Origin: Candidatus Hydrogenedentes bacterium UBA2224
GTDB lineage: Bacteria > Hydrogenedentota > Hydrogenedentia > Hydrogenedentales > SLHB01
Length of the DNA: 64,000 bases
Assembly: GCA_002348185.1 (NCBI GenBank)
Contig: DDYW01000181.1
Coordinates: 3,153-67,152, forward strand
Reading direction: 5' to 3'
The notes beneath the pieces were generated by a model that saw only the letters and a list, made by a program, of their open reading frames with translations, was not told where the DNA came from and ran no database searches. The translations under genes and the position numbers were made by a program. Position 1 is the stretch's first letter. The number at the start of each line of letters is the position of its first letter. Positions 56,210-64,000 of the stretch are shown piece by piece.

Positions 56210-59200
56210 TCAGACCCGGTCTTCCGCCAGAGTTTCTTTGACGGCGTCCGGCTCGGGGAGTGGCATGTCCGCAATTTCGGGTCTTGCCTTGGCCGTGCCC
56301 ACGGTATGCGAAAGATCGGCCATGGCGCTGTAGAGGGTGGGCACCACGATGAGCGTCATCAAGGTGGCGAAGGTCAGACCGAAAATCACCGCTACGGCCA
56401 TGCCTCCCCACCATTGGCTCATCTCGCCGCCGACGACCAGACGCATCGCGCGGAAGTCGAAGCTCACTCCGACGGCCATGGGGACCAGTCCGAGAACGGT
56501 GGTGACCGCGGTCAGCATCACGGGACGGAACCGCGTAACGCCGGCCGTCACAATGGCCTCGTTCAGTTCCATACCGCGGGCGCGCAACTGGTTCGTGTAA
56601 TCGATCAAAACGATCGCATTATTGACCACCACCCCCGCAAGACTCACGCAACCCACACCCGACATCAAAATGCCGAACGGCATGCGGAAGATGTACAGCC
56701 CCAGGAAGACCCCCGCCAGCGACAAGATCACCGAGGTCAGGATGATGAACGGCTGGGTCAGCGAATTGAACTCCGTGATCAGCACCAATGCGATAAGAAA
56801 AACCGCCACCACGAAGGCTTTGAACAAGAAGAACTGCGTCTCTTCCATGTCTTCGTTCTCGCCCGTGTAATCGAGCGCATAATCGGGCGGCAGGGGAAAA
56901 TCCTTGAGCTTGGCCTGTACCGCCTGCAACAAGCGCTGCTGATTGAAATCCGGGTGCACCTCCGCGGAAACCGTGACGGTCCGTTTGCGGTCAATCCGCT
57001 GAATGGTGCCCAGGCCCGCCCCTTGTTCGATGCGCGCCACGGAAGAAAACGGCACCCGCCGTCCGTCCGTCGCAATGAGGTTCATCGTGTTGATGTTTGC
57101 CAGGTTTTCCCGGAATGCCTTGGGAAACCGCACGGTAACATCGTACTCTTCGTCGCCTTCGCGGAAATCCGCCGCTTTACGGCCGTTGATTGCGGCCTGT
57201 ACCGTGAGCCCGATGAGCTGGGTGCTCAACCCCATGCGCCACGCTTCCTGGCGGTCTACCACCACCTGGACCTCCGGCTTCCCTTTGTTGTAATCGTCGC
57301 GCAAATCAACCAGCCCCGGCACATCCTTGATTTCCTGCCGGATCTCCTGCGCCAGGCGCGCCAGCGTTTCGAAATCATCTCCGCTGATTTCGACATTGAT
57401 GGGCGGCCCGGTCGGAGGTCCCATATCCATCTGCTCGATCCGGATGTCGGCGCCGCTCAACCCGGTGATGGTCTCCCGAAGCTCGCGAAGGACCTCCGAC
57501 GGCAGCATTTTGCAGTCGCCTAGCTCCGGAAAATCCAGCGAAACCCGGCTGATATGGTTGGCTTTCGAACTCCCTGTCGTGCCTCCAGCATCCGGCGTGA
57601 CGCCCAGCGAACCCACACTCGTAACCACACTTTCCACGTACGGCGCGTACGGTGCGATCAGCTCTTCAACCTGACGCGCGTAGAGGTCCGACGTCGCGAG
57701 ATTCGTGCCTTCCGCGCATTCAATGTCAATGTAGGCCTGCGGCGGCTCCGTTACCGGCATGAAAATGGTCTCGGCGGTCGAGAAAAACACCGCGGTAATC
57801 ACCACCAGCAATCCCACAGCCGACAATACCGTCACCGCCCGCCAGCGCAATGCGGTGCGCAGAGCGGCCGCGTAAGATTTCATCACGAATCCGGCGCCGG
57901 TGATACGGCGCATTGTTCTCCCTTCGTGCACCTGCATGAAAACGGCGGCGAGGGCAGGATTGACGACCAGCCCCATGAACAGCGATGCCAGCAGCGCCAC
58001 GATCACCGTATACGGCACGTAATACATGAACTCGCCGAAAATCCCCGGCCAGAAGAAGAACGGCAAAAACGCGGCCACCGTAGTCAAGGTCGATGTGGCG
58101 ATGGGCCAGGCGACCTCGGCCGTGCCGGCCTTGGCCGCCTCGATCTTGCCCAGGCCCATCATCCGGTGGCGGTAGATGTTCTCCACCACCACAATGCCAT
58201 TGTCGACAAGCATACCCAGCGCCAGGATCAGGCTGAAAAGCACCACCATGTTCAGCGTGATCCCGCTCATGTATAGCACCGCGAACGTGATCAGCATCGA
58301 TACCGGAATCGCAAGCGCCACGAAGAACGCGTTGGAAAACCCCAAAAACACGAAAATGACCGCGAGCACCAGGATCATGCCGCTCAGGATGCCGTTTTCG
58401 AGTTCCGACACCATCTCCCGGATGTAGTCGGCCTCATTCCACGTCACCGTTACGCTCAGTCCCTTGGGAAGTGAGGACATCATCCGGTCGATTTCCGCCT
58501 GCACCTCGTCGGCGATCTGGATGATATTCGCCCCGGAGCGTTTGATCACGGTCAACGTTACCGACGGTTCGCCGTTCAGCCGGGAAATGGTCTCCGCATC
58601 CTTGAATCCGTCGTAGACCTTCGCTACGTCGCGCAGGAACACCGTGCCTTCGGGACTTTGCTTCACCACCAGGTCATTGATGTCGTCGGGATTCTTAAAC
58701 TCGCCCGGAGTGCGCATCAGGAACTTCGCCTCGCCCAGGTCCATCGTGCCCCCGGGCGTGTTGACGTTTTCCTGGGCCACCACGCTGATCAGATTCCCGA
58801 AAGAGATGCCGTATTGGGCCACGCGTTCCGGATCTACTTCGATCTGGATTTCCCGTTCGACGCCCCCAATGACCTCCACATCGAGCACGCCCTCGATTGT
58901 CTCGATCTGGTCTTCCAGGTCCTCGGCAATCTGATCGAGCATGGAGAGCGGAAGGTTCCCCGACAACGACATGATCATGATCGGGAATTCCGCCGTGTTG
59001 ATCTCATTGATTACGGGGTCGTCGGCCTCCTCTGGAATGTCCGGCTCGGCCAGATCCACCTTGTCGCGGACCTTTTGCAGCGCATCGTCGATATCGATAT
59101 CCGGCTCAAACTCCAGGAAGAGGTACGAGAGGCCTTCGACGCTGGTGGATTTCATCTCCTTTACGCCGGAGAGCCCCGCCAGACGGCGCTCGATGGGGAT

Positions 59201-59392
59201 CGTGATGAGCGACTCGATGTCCTCGGGCGCGACCCCTTCGTAAGGCACGCTGACCGTGATGTAGGGGATCACGACCTCGGGGTTGGATTCGCGGGGCAGC
59301 TGCATGTAACTGAAGACGCCCGCGACCAGAATCAGCAGCAGGAGCACGAGAACCGTCGTGCTGCGGCTTATGGCAGCATCGCTGACGATCAT
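56210..59392 (-). CDS. RND-family efflux transporter (AcrB/HAE1-like inner-membrane subunit)
   Basis: The 1060 aa show typical RND N-terminal, TM and porter-domain sequence (MIVSDAAISRSTTVLVLLLLILVAG, GMLVDNGIVVVENI, VVNNAIVLIDY). Confidence 0.95.
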   Translation of the reverse strand: MIVSDAAISRSTTVLVLLLLILVAGVFSYMQLPRESNPEVVIPYITVSVPYEGVAPEDIESLITIPIERRLAGLSGVKEMKSTSVEGLSYLFLEFEPDIDIDDALQKVRDKVDLAEPDIPEEADDPVINEINTAEFPIMIMSLSGNLPLSMLDQIAEDLEDQIETIEGVLDVEVIGGVEREIQIEVDPERVAQYGISFGNLISVVAQENVNTPGGTMDLGEAKFLMRTPGEFKNPDDINDLVVKQSPEGTVFLRDVAKVYDGFKDAETISRLNGEPSVTLTVIKRSGANIIQIADEVQAEIDRMMSSLPKGLSVTVTWNEADYIREMVSELENGILSGMILVLAVIFVFLGFSNAFFVALAIPVSMLITFAVLYMSGITLNMVVLFSLILALGMLVDNGIVVVENIYRHRMMGLGKIEAAKAGTAEVAWPIATSTLTTVAAFLPFFFWPGIFGEFMYYVPYTVIVALLASLFMGLVVNPALAAVFMQVHEGRTMRRITGAGFVMKSYAAALRTALRWRAVTVLSAVGLLVVITAVFFSTAETIFMPVTEPPQAYIDIECAEGTNLATSDLYARQVEELIAPYAPYVESVVTSVGSLGVTPDAGGTTGSSKANHISRVSLDFPELGDCKMLPSEVLRELRETITGLSGADIRIEQMDMGPPTGPPINVEISGDDFETLARLAQEIRQEIKDVPGLVDLRDDYNKGKPEVQVVVDRQEAWRMGLSTQLIGLTVQAAINGRKAADFREGDEEYDVTVRFPKAFRENLANINTMNLIATDGRRVPFSSVARIEQGAGLGTIQRIDRKRTVTVSAEVHPDFNQQRLLQAVQAKLKDFPLPPDYALDYTGENEDMEETQFFLFKAFVVAVFLIALVLITEFNSLTQPFIILTSVILSLAGVFLGLYIFRMPFGILMSGVGCVSLAGVVVNNAIVLIDYTNQLRARGMELNEAIVTAGVTRFRPVMLTAVTTVLGLVPMAVGVSFDFRAMRLVVGGEMSQWWGGMAVAVIFGLTFATLMTLIVVPTLYSAMADLSHTVGTAKARPEIADMPLPEPDAVKETLAEDRV

Positions 59393-60483
59393 TCAAGGAC
59401 TTCCTGAACGTCCACCTTCTCACCGGGCCGCGCTTCGTATTGCCCCTTTACAATCAGGCGCTCGCCCGGTGTAAGGCCTTCCGTCACCTGCACGGAACTG
59501 CCCTGAACCAGCCCCACCTGGATGGAACGCAGCTCAGCAATGCCGTCTTTCTCCACGAAGGCCACGCGCTGATCGTCAAGTAGAATCGCCGTAAACAGCG
59601 GGATCATCAGGGAATCCGGATAGATCTCCCGCACAAACGTTCCGCGGGCAATCATGCCGGGCTTCAGCAGACCGTCGGCGTTCTCCACTTCGACTTCCGC
59701 CTTGAACGTGTGCGTGCTCATGTCGGCGCTCGTCGCGATCCGGTAGAGGCTCCCGTCGAACGTGCGGTCCGGTATCGCGTCCATGCGCACCCGCACCTGA
59801 TCGCCCATCTTGAAACTGGCGATGTCGCGCTCCGGAATGCCGAACATCACCTTGACCTTGTGAACCTGAACCAGCCGCACCATCGGCGTGCCGATGTCGA
59901 CGAATTCGTCCTGCTCCACCAGAATCGCATCGACCACACCCTCGAACGGCGCTTTCACGACGCTCTTTTCCAGCTCAATTTGCAGCATGCGGAGTGATGA
60001 ATCCGCCACGTCGCGATTCGCCACGGCGCCATCGAGACTCTGGGCCGTTCCCGCGCCGCTTCTGGCAAGCCGTTCGATCCGTTCGAGCTCCTGCAGCGCC
60101 AGCTTATGCTGCGCCTGAGCCTGTCCCAGGCGGGCGCGGATCGACTCCGTATCCACCCGGTACAGATCCTGCCCGGCGCTTACCGTGTCGCCCAGCTCCA
60201 TCCCCTTCGTCTCTATCTTTCCGCGAACTTCCGAGCTGAGGATGACCTCTTCCCACGGCTGCACGCTGCCCGTGAGAACCAACTGATCCTCAACGGTCTC
60301 GCTTTTCAGCACACGCACACTGACCTGCGGCAGGCGTTCGAGCACGCCCTCGCCTTCCGTTTTCGCCTCGGAAGGAGCCACGTGCGCCGTAACGGCGACC
60401 ACGGCCGTCACGGCGGCCATGATCCCCAGGCAGATGACGATGCTCCATAGCGTCCGACCCACACTGCGCTCATTCTGTTTCAT
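59389..60483 (-). CDS. RND periplasmic adaptor (membrane-fusion protein)
   Basis: An N-terminal anchor is followed by lipoyl, coiled-coil and beta-barrel pattern (LTGSVQPWEEVILSSEVRGKI...V..APFEGVV). ATGA overlap with the RND gene. Confidence 0.9.
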   Translation of the reverse strand: MKQNERSVGRTLWSIVICLGIMAAVTAVVAVTAHVAPSEAKTEGEGVLERLPQVSVRVLKSETVEDQLVLTGSVQPWEEVILSSEVRGKIETKGMELGDTVSAGQDLYRVDTESIRARLGQAQAQHKLALQELERIERLARSGAGTAQSLDGAVANRDVADSSLRMLQIELEKSVVKAPFEGVVDAILVEQDEFVDIGTPMVRLVQVHKVKVMFGIPERDIASFKMGDQVRVRMDAIPDRTFDGSLYRIATSADMSTHTFKAEVEVENADGLLKPGMIARGTFVREIYPDSLMIPLFTAILLDDQRVAFVEKDGIAELRSIQVGLVQGSSVQVTEGLTPGERLIVKGQYEARPGEKVDVQEVLE

Positions 60484-60492
60484 AGATCGTTC

Positions 60493-61170
60493 TCAGCTCC
60501 ATGCATTACCTTCGCGAACCTGAACCAGAAACGGGTTTGGCAGAGAAAGCCGTTCCACGCCTCCCGGACCCGCTCCCCGCAGGAAGAGGTCCACCAGGCC
60601 CTTCCCCAAATCCGGCGTCAGCGTGACGGAAGGATAGCGCGATTTCACCATCATATGAAAGTCCATCAGCGCGTTAAACGCCAGAGCCAGGGCCTCGGGT
60701 TCGCCACCCGACAGCTCGCCGCGGTTCAGTCCATCCTGCATCACCTTCACCAGCCGGGCAAACCACTCATCGAGCAAGGGTTCGTCCAGCATCGCGGGCG
60801 CTTGTTCCGGCGGATTGAAAATCACGTGCACCAGAAGACGCACCTCGTCGAGATTTCGTTCCGCCCGCTCGAACGCGTTGCAGATCAACTTCTCGAGACA
60901 GGAACGGCACGTCCCGGCCTCTTCAAGAATGGCGTCAGCATCCGCAATCATCTCCGCCAGACACTTCCGCACCAGCTTCCGGAATAAATCTTCCTTATTC
61001 TTGAAATAGTAATAAAGGACCGGCCGGGTGACCCCCGCCTCCTCAATAATCTCGCGTACGCTCGCCCCCTCATAGCCCTTTTTGGAAAAAAGACTTAAGG
61101 CCCCTTCCAGCAAACGGATCTCAGCCCCGTTGGCGGGGTCGTTCGCGCCGTTGGAATGTGTTTTTCCCAT
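60493..61170 (-). CDS. TetR/AcrR-family transcriptional regulator
   Basis: The HTH region is LFSKKGYEGASVREIIEEAGVTRPVLYYYFKNKEDLF. It lies 9 nt upstream of the MFP gene. Confidence 0.9.
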   Translation of the reverse strand: MGKTHSNGANDPANGAEIRLLEGALSLFSKKGYEGASVREIIEEAGVTRPVLYYYFKNKEDLFRKLVRKCLAEMIADADAILEEAGTCRSCLEKLICNAFERAERNLDEVRLLVHVIFNPPEQAPAMLDEPLLDEWFARLVKVMQDGLNRGELSGGEPEALALAFNALMDFHMMVKSRYPSVTLTPDLGKGLVDLFLRGAGPGGVERLSLPNPFLVQVREGNAWS

Positions 61171-61301
61171 GGGTAATCTGACCTACCGTTCGTTAGACAA
61201 CCGACGCAATTGTACACCGCAACCCCGTGAAAGTCCAGCGAATTTTCTCTTGAGAAGACCCGCATATTCCCCCCTTCCAACACCGCACCGTACCCGGCGC
61301 C

Positions 61302-62504
61302 TTATCCCTCCAGGGAGGATGGATTACTCCCCATGATCGGCGTCCGCGCCCCTTTTCCGGGCACCAGCCACGAGAAGCCCGCCAGCAGAAGCGCCAACAC
61401 TCCGGCGCAGGCAAAAACGATTTGAAAGCCCAATTCCTTCCACATCAGTCCCGCCCAAAACGGAATCACCATGGACGCGATGTGGTTCATGCTAACGCCA
61501 AGCGACAGGGTGCCGGTCAATTCGTCCGACCCGGACGCCAGGCGCGAAACATACACCGTACGGCCTGTTCCCAGCGCGAAAAGAAGGTTATCGAGAATGA
61601 AACAGGCACCCGCGATACACAGGGCCGCCTTCGGGCCGCCAGGAAAGAGCCCCGCGAACCCGTAGCCCAGACACACCAGGGTCAGCACGAGGCCATCGCC
61701 GACCATCACAACGCGCTCCCCCCATTCGTCCATCAGCCAGCCGGCAACGGGTTTAAAGACAAGACCGATACCCGAGGCCAGCATCAGGAGAAAGGCGATG
61801 TCGCCGGGAGAGAGCCCGTACACATGGATCAGCACCCACGGACCAAAGGTGATGAAGATCTGTTTTCGCGCTCCGAACAGGAATTCGAGCACGTAATAGA
61901 GCCAGAACTTGCGGCGCATCACAAAGAATGACCGCCGGTAATGCACGCCGGAAACCTTCAACCGGGAGTAAAGGACGGCCGCCACCACGCCCCCGGCGGC
62001 GGCGCACAGGAACCCGGGCCGGTACGGAGGCGCTTCCTCGCTGAACGTCAGCCAGATCAGTCCCGTTCCCAGAACCGTGCCCAGGGTCCGCATGCCGCCC
62101 AGTTGCCCCAACCGGAACCCGCGCCTGTTCTCCTCGCTCATGGCGATCGTGAGCGAATGCGATATCGGCTGAATCAGGTGCATGCCCACGCTCCCCACCA
62201 GCATGGAAACCACCATAAACGCGTACGAATCGCCCGCAAGGCCCAGGCCTGCCGTGCCGGCCGCAAACACCAGCGCGGCCACCGCACCCATGCGGGTAAG
62301 CGACAGCGCGCCCAGAATGCCGGCAAACACCACCACGAGAAACCCCGGCAGCTCGCGCGGAAATTCGAGACCGCCGCGCGCCTCCGCGGTCATCTGGAAG
62401 GTGTCTGAAAGGTAATTGTTGAAGATCGACTCGTTGATTCCCATGGACGCCGCCATGACAATCTCCGCGCCGAAAAACAGATAGAGCAACGAAAGGCGTT
62501 TCAC
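61302..62504 (-). CDS. MFS-type transporter
   Basis: 400 aa with 12 predicted TM segments and the loop motif GWLMDEWGERVVM, resembling MFS motif A. Confidence 0.6.
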   Translation of the reverse strand: MKRLSLLYLFFGAEIVMAASMGINESIFNNYLSDTFQMTAEARGGLEFPRELPGFLVVVFAGILGALSLTRMGAVAALVFAAGTAGLGLAGDSYAFMVVSMLVGSVGMHLIQPISHSLTIAMSEENRRGFRLGQLGGMRTLGTVLGTGLIWLTFSEEAPPYRPGFLCAAAGGVVAAVLYSRLKVSGVHYRRSFFVMRRKFWLYYVLEFLFGARKQIFITFGPWVLIHVYGLSPGDIAFLLMLASGIGLVFKPVAGWLMDEWGERVVMVGDGLVLTLVCLGYGFAGLFPGGPKAALCIAGACFILDNLLFALGTGRTVYVSRLASGSDELTGTLSLGVSMNHIASMVIPFWAGLMWKELGFQIVFACAGVLALLLAGFSWLVPGKGARTPIMGSNPSSLEG

Positions 62505-62531
62505 AAGATACGATCCACCGCGAGACGCGGA

Positions 62532-63836
62532 TTACGAGGGGGTGCTTGGACCCAGGAACCGGCAGGGCCATTCTTGCCCGGAGTACGCCGTGCCCCGGGT
62601 GGCCTCCCACGCGGAGAAAAACGAGATCCCGAACATGAGGCCCACAACAATCCACTCCCACCGGGCCCGCAGCTTCTCATACACAGGCACCCCCATCAGC
62701 ATCAGCACCGGCATGGCGGGGATAAACCACCGGAACCCGTACAGCACGCCGCCGTAATTGTTGGTCTTCAGACAGTAATACGCCGTGAGAATCGCAAGCC
62801 CCAGCGCCCCGAGGAGGATCGGGCGATGATAGCGCACCGGTTTTCTCAGGACATACCGCAGCGGGCTCAGCAGCCCCGCGATCAGCACGGGATACATGAT
62901 GAACACGCCGCAGCGCCCGAAGGTCATGTGAAACAAATAGGTGCCTTTCGGCTCGTTCAGTCCGTCGATGCCGGTAGGATGACGCCAATACGAGTTCTCG
63001 AAAAGATACATTTCCGGATGCATTTGTACAGGGAGGGGACTGCCCGTAACGTGCATCATGACGCCCGCATGCACGGCCACGGGCACGGCCACCGCCAGTG
63101 CACCCCATACCAGTGTTTTTCGCGGAAAATGGTACAGCAGGCAGCATCCCGCGATAGCCGCCCAGATCGATGCCGGCATCTCCACGGTCAGCACCAGACC
63201 CGCCGAGAGCCCGAACAGGGCAAACCGCCACGGCGCAGGCGCCCATTTCCGGTAGATGAGCCCCAGCGCCAGATACAGACACAGCACCAGAAAGAAGGTC
63301 CCCGGAATATGGTTGTTGATGGAGAGGCTATAGCCCCAGAGCTGCGTCCCGAACGCAAGAAAAAGCGTCACAATCCAACGGATCAGCGGGTCGACGTCAA
63401 ACAACGCCACTGTGCGATCAAACAGGAGGACCGTCAGAAAGAACGGCACACACACAAAGGTGAATGTGAGCACGCGTATGACCTTCCCGCAGTCCGCCTC
63501 GTTCTTCAGGTCCAGCCCGAGCACGCTCCGCAGTGCCACGTACTCCCCCGTCATCAACAGGGGCAGAACCGGCGGTTTACTGCTGATCTCGCGGCCTTGA
63601 GCCAGGACCTTGTCGACGGTATTCGACGCAAACGGATTGGGCTCCCGCCCTTCCGGCGCGTCAAGGTAGAAACTCCCGTACTCGGTCAGACTGTACATGG
63701 TCGCCAGGCGGCTCAACGCCAGATCGTGCCGCGCGGCGGGAATGGCACACGCCCCCAGGACGCCGAATACGGCCAGGGCCGCATAGAGGAGAATGTTCAA
63801 GACAAAAACGGCATTGGGCTCACGGGACCGGTCCAC
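62532..63836 (-). CDS. polytopic membrane protein, GT-C/PMT_2-like glycosyltransferase candidate
   Basis: 434 aa with about 11 TM segments. An early extracytoplasmic loop SNTVDKVLAQGREISSKPPVLPLLM resembles ArnT/PMT-like loop 1. The family call is tentative. Confidence 0.45.
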   Translation of the reverse strand: MDRSREPNAVFVLNILLYAALAVFGVLGACAIPAARHDLALSRLATMYSLTEYGSFYLDAPEGREPNPFASNTVDKVLAQGREISSKPPVLPLLMTGEYVALRSVLGLDLKNEADCGKVIRVLTFTFVCVPFFLTVLLFDRTVALFDVDPLIRWIVTLFLAFGTQLWGYSLSINNHIPGTFFLVLCLYLALGLIYRKWAPAPWRFALFGLSAGLVLTVEMPASIWAAIAGCCLLYHFPRKTLVWGALAVAVPVAVHAGVMMHVTGSPLPVQMHPEMYLFENSYWRHPTGIDGLNEPKGTYLFHMTFGRCGVFIMYPVLIAGLLSPLRYVLRKPVRYHRPILLGALGLAILTAYYCLKTNNYGGVLYGFRWFIPAMPVLMLMGVPVYEKLRARWEWIVVGLMFGISFFSAWEATRGTAYSGQEWPCRFLGPSTPS

Positions 63837-63940
63837 GATTCCTTCTCCCGGCGGTTTCTCACAATCATGCTGGTCTCACTGCGAGGCGGCCCCAGACCGA
63901 TCCCGGCAGACCACGGACGCGGCCTTCCCGAAGGCCCGAT

Positions 63941-64000
63941 CTAGCGGCCGAAAATGCCTCCAAACATGCGCCGGATAAATCCCTCATCCTCGCCCTGGAG
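63941..64000 (-). CDS. 3' end of an unidentified CDS entering from the right edge
   Basis: A TAG at 63941-63943 (minus) is preceded by 19 open codons to the window edge (...LQGEDEGFIRRMFGGIFGR*). Too short to assign. Confidence 0.25.
   Translation of the reverse strand, partial: LQGEDEGFIRRMFGGIFGR

Noticed and set aside
61171-61301. Searched for a palindromic TetR operator upstream of the TetR gene
   Set aside because: CTACCGTTCGTTAG looks symmetric at first glance but is not a true palindrome. I found no convincing inverted repeat by eye.
1-64000. CRISPR arrays, tRNA/rRNA genes, transposases, integrases and reverse transcriptases
   Set aside because: None was recognised in any intergenic region or ORF translation that I read. 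An Infernal/tRNAscan/IS-finder run would be needed to exclude small or degenerate ones.

Overview
GC-rich (about 60-65% by eye), densely coding chromosomal segment from a diderm bacterium, as shown by an LptD-like protein, a LolA-like protein, an RND pump and a PEP-CTERM protein. I call about 50 CDS and one RNA gene. Housekeeping loci are rpsT, rplM-rpsI, RNase P RNA (rnpB), hflX, pdxH and pta-ackA. They are interleaved with many glycan-related genes: two GH36/GH-D-like hydrolases, two tandem GH130, two BNR/Asp-box propeller proteins, a GHL6-like hydrolase, a large GT4 fusion protein and three PMT/ArnT/TMTC-like polytopic membrane proteins. There is also one VapBC-type toxin-antitoxin pair, a stand-alone BLUF photoreceptor, an orphan cheW and a TetR-MFP-RND operon. 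I saw no rRNA, tRNA, CRISPR array, transposase, integrase or phage genes. Many long ORFs in the track are antisense shadow ORFs typical of high-GC DNA and were rejected. I cannot point to one clear-cut new system. The best candidates for follow-up are: (1) an LptD-like protein fused to a beta-propeller through a long Pro/Glu-rich spacer; (2) a secreted three-gene module of a TPR-gluzincin plus two beta-sandwich stalk proteins ending in cysteine-less thioredoxin folds; (3) an RND operon with no outer-membrane factor, translationally coupled to an unknown bitopic periplasmic protein; (4) a REP/BIME-like nested palindrome in a 780-bp gene-free gap; (5) a degenerate kinase-like orphan upstream of pta-ackA; (6) an amidohydrolase x2 / URO-D-like / GHL6 cluster of unknown substrate. 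All family assignments come from motif-level reading of the translations, with no database search.
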